In this document: positions 62,740 through 64,000 of the stretch, one piece after another | How positions within the stretch are numbered: the stretch's first letter is position 1 | Layout: every line of letters starts with the position of its first letter | Assembly (NCBI GenBank): GCA_046483495.1 | Contig: JAWODC010000082.1 | Location: forward strand, 6,551-70,550 | Direction of reading: 5' to 3' | Length of the DNA stretch: 64,000 nt | From: Desulfobacterales bacterium | Lineage (GTDB): Bacteria; Desulfobacterota; Desulfobacteria; Desulfobacterales; UBA5616 | The notes under the pieces: model-generated | Seen by the model: the letters and a program-made list of their open reading frames with translations, nothing else | Database searches by the model: none | What the model was told of the DNA's origin: nothing | Made by a program: the position numbers and the translations under genes

Positions 62740-63984
62740 CTAATAGAAAAGCGGTGTACCAAGCACACCGGGATCGAGGTATTCGATGTCGAAATCACAG
62801 TTGCCGCATTCGATATCCACCCTGCCGACAACCCCTGTCCAGTAGCATGTCTTGAAATCGATGTAGGCCTGCGACGACATCCAGGGCCCCGTTTCATCGG
62901 TTGCCCTGATGTAAAGCGGTTTGTACGAACAGAACGTCCCCTTCCAGAAGGACCCCCGCTTGTCGAAAATTTCGGCATTCGTGATGTAGTATACCTTGTC
63001 CGCCATCCATACGACGCGCTTGGATTCGGGGTATCGCGGGTCCTTTGCCTTGATTTCAATCACGTAATTATCCCAGAGCTCCCAGGGGTCCTCGTCGAGA
63101 ATGGGATGCGTGTAACCCTCGTAATACTCGCCCCCGTATTTACTCGACCCTTCGAAGACCTGGTGCATCAAACACAGAATGGTCTCTTCCCGCAGCAGGT
63201 CGTAAGTGAATTCGTGGATTTTTCCATCGAATCCATAGTAGTCGTCATAGGTGGCGGCCGACCCCCGGACCGGGTTGGACCGCTCGGCGGAAACCATCCG
63301 CAGTGTTCGCCGCAGGGTTGGAATATAGGACCACATCTCATCGGACCTTGTGGGGTCCAGGTAGCGCCAGATCAAGAAATCCATGTCCTTGTTGATGCCG
63401 TCCGGGATGTGCTGAACGAAGCCGAAGAACAGGCCGTTGGGGTTGGGCCGCGTCGGCTTCGGGTCGATCGACGTCCGGTTGGTGAAATACATGTAAAACT
63501 GCGTTCCGCTGCCGCTGGTGATCGGACCGCCCTTTCGCTGAGAATACGCCACCCAGCCGGGGCGGTAGTAATAAAACTGGTCGCTGCGCCAGCGGAAATA
63601 GAAATTCCACATCAGCTTCTCCGCCAGATTCGGCTCCTTGGGTTCCGGGAACGGCATGCCCGCCTGGTGATCCCCTACCAGGTTCCCGGCCTCGTCGATG
63701 GAAAACTTGCCGCGGTTTGCTTCCGAATATTTCATGTAGTTCGGAGGCGGACCGTATGCTTCGGTTTCCCGCACCTTGACGACCGTCGGCCGGACAAAAT
63801 CGGTGCCCTTGATGAACATTTGAAGATAATTCGGGAAATATTCCTTGTAGTCATCAATATTTGTTGCATCGATCACATCCCCCGGCTTCGGTTCGACAGC
63901 TTGCAGGTGTTGGGGGATCATCCACATAGCCGACAAAACGACCGATAAAACAATCGGCAACCGAATCTTACACAATTTTTTCAT
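62740..63984 (-). CDS. Exported DUF1329-family protein (LolA-like fold)
   Basis: Signal peptide, KPGDVIDATN, GMPFPEP, WSYIPTLRRTLR, DKRGSFWK; AGGAG RBS. Confidence 0.8.
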   Translation of the reverse strand: MKKLCKIRLPIVLSVVLSAMWMIPQHLQAVEPKPGDVIDATNIDDYKEYFPNYLQMFIKGTDFVRPTVVKVRETEAYGPPPNYMKYSEANRGKFSIDEAGNLVGDHQAGMPFPEPKEPNLAEKLMWNFYFRWRSDQFYYYRPGWVAYSQRKGGPITSGSGTQFYMYFTNRTSIDPKPTRPNPNGLFFGFVQHIPDGINKDMDFLIWRYLDPTRSDEMWSYIPTLRRTLRMVSAERSNPVRGSAATYDDYYGFDGKIHEFTYDLLREETILCLMHQVFEGSSKYGGEYYEGYTHPILDEDPWELWDNYVIEIKAKDPRYPESKRVVWMADKVYYITNAEIFDKRGSFWKGTFCSYKPLYIRATDETGPWMSSQAYIDFKTCYWTGVVGRVDIECGNCDFDIEYLDPGVLGTPLFY

Positions 63985-64000
63985 AATGGACTCCTTTTTA

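Overview
This looks like chromosomal DNA from an anaerobic deltaproteobacterium (Desulfobacterales-like gene content; an inference). The left third holds metabolic and housekeeping genes: a metF fragment, a CoA-transferase, a B12 radical SAM enzyme, a LeuCDB-like/thiolase-like operon, fused hisHF, a CoA-disulfide reductase-rhodanese, carB, an M24 peptidase and xerD. The dominant feature is a PUFA-synthase/olefin pathway in pieces: pfaD (21.6 kb), pfaA (24.0-30.6 kb), then pfaB/C fused plus oleABCD (45.4-57.3 kb). The ~15 kb between pfaA and pfaBC contains three things. (i) An IscS/IscU operon whose IscS lacks the PLP-binding lysine. (ii) An AT-rich signalling module: a V4R/H-NOX-like hybrid kinase, a B12 radical SAM enzyme, a methyltransferase, a tandem PilZ-GNAT-like protein and an HTH-PAS-adenylate cyclase, with a recurring ATTTAAAC-W-GTWTAAAT palindrome at the last two promoters. 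(iii) A helicase gene that has lost its whole core. I also found three copies of a ~140-bp hairpin repeat (MITE/REP-like) and several short gene remnants. No rRNA, tRNA, CRISPR array or intact transposase was seen.
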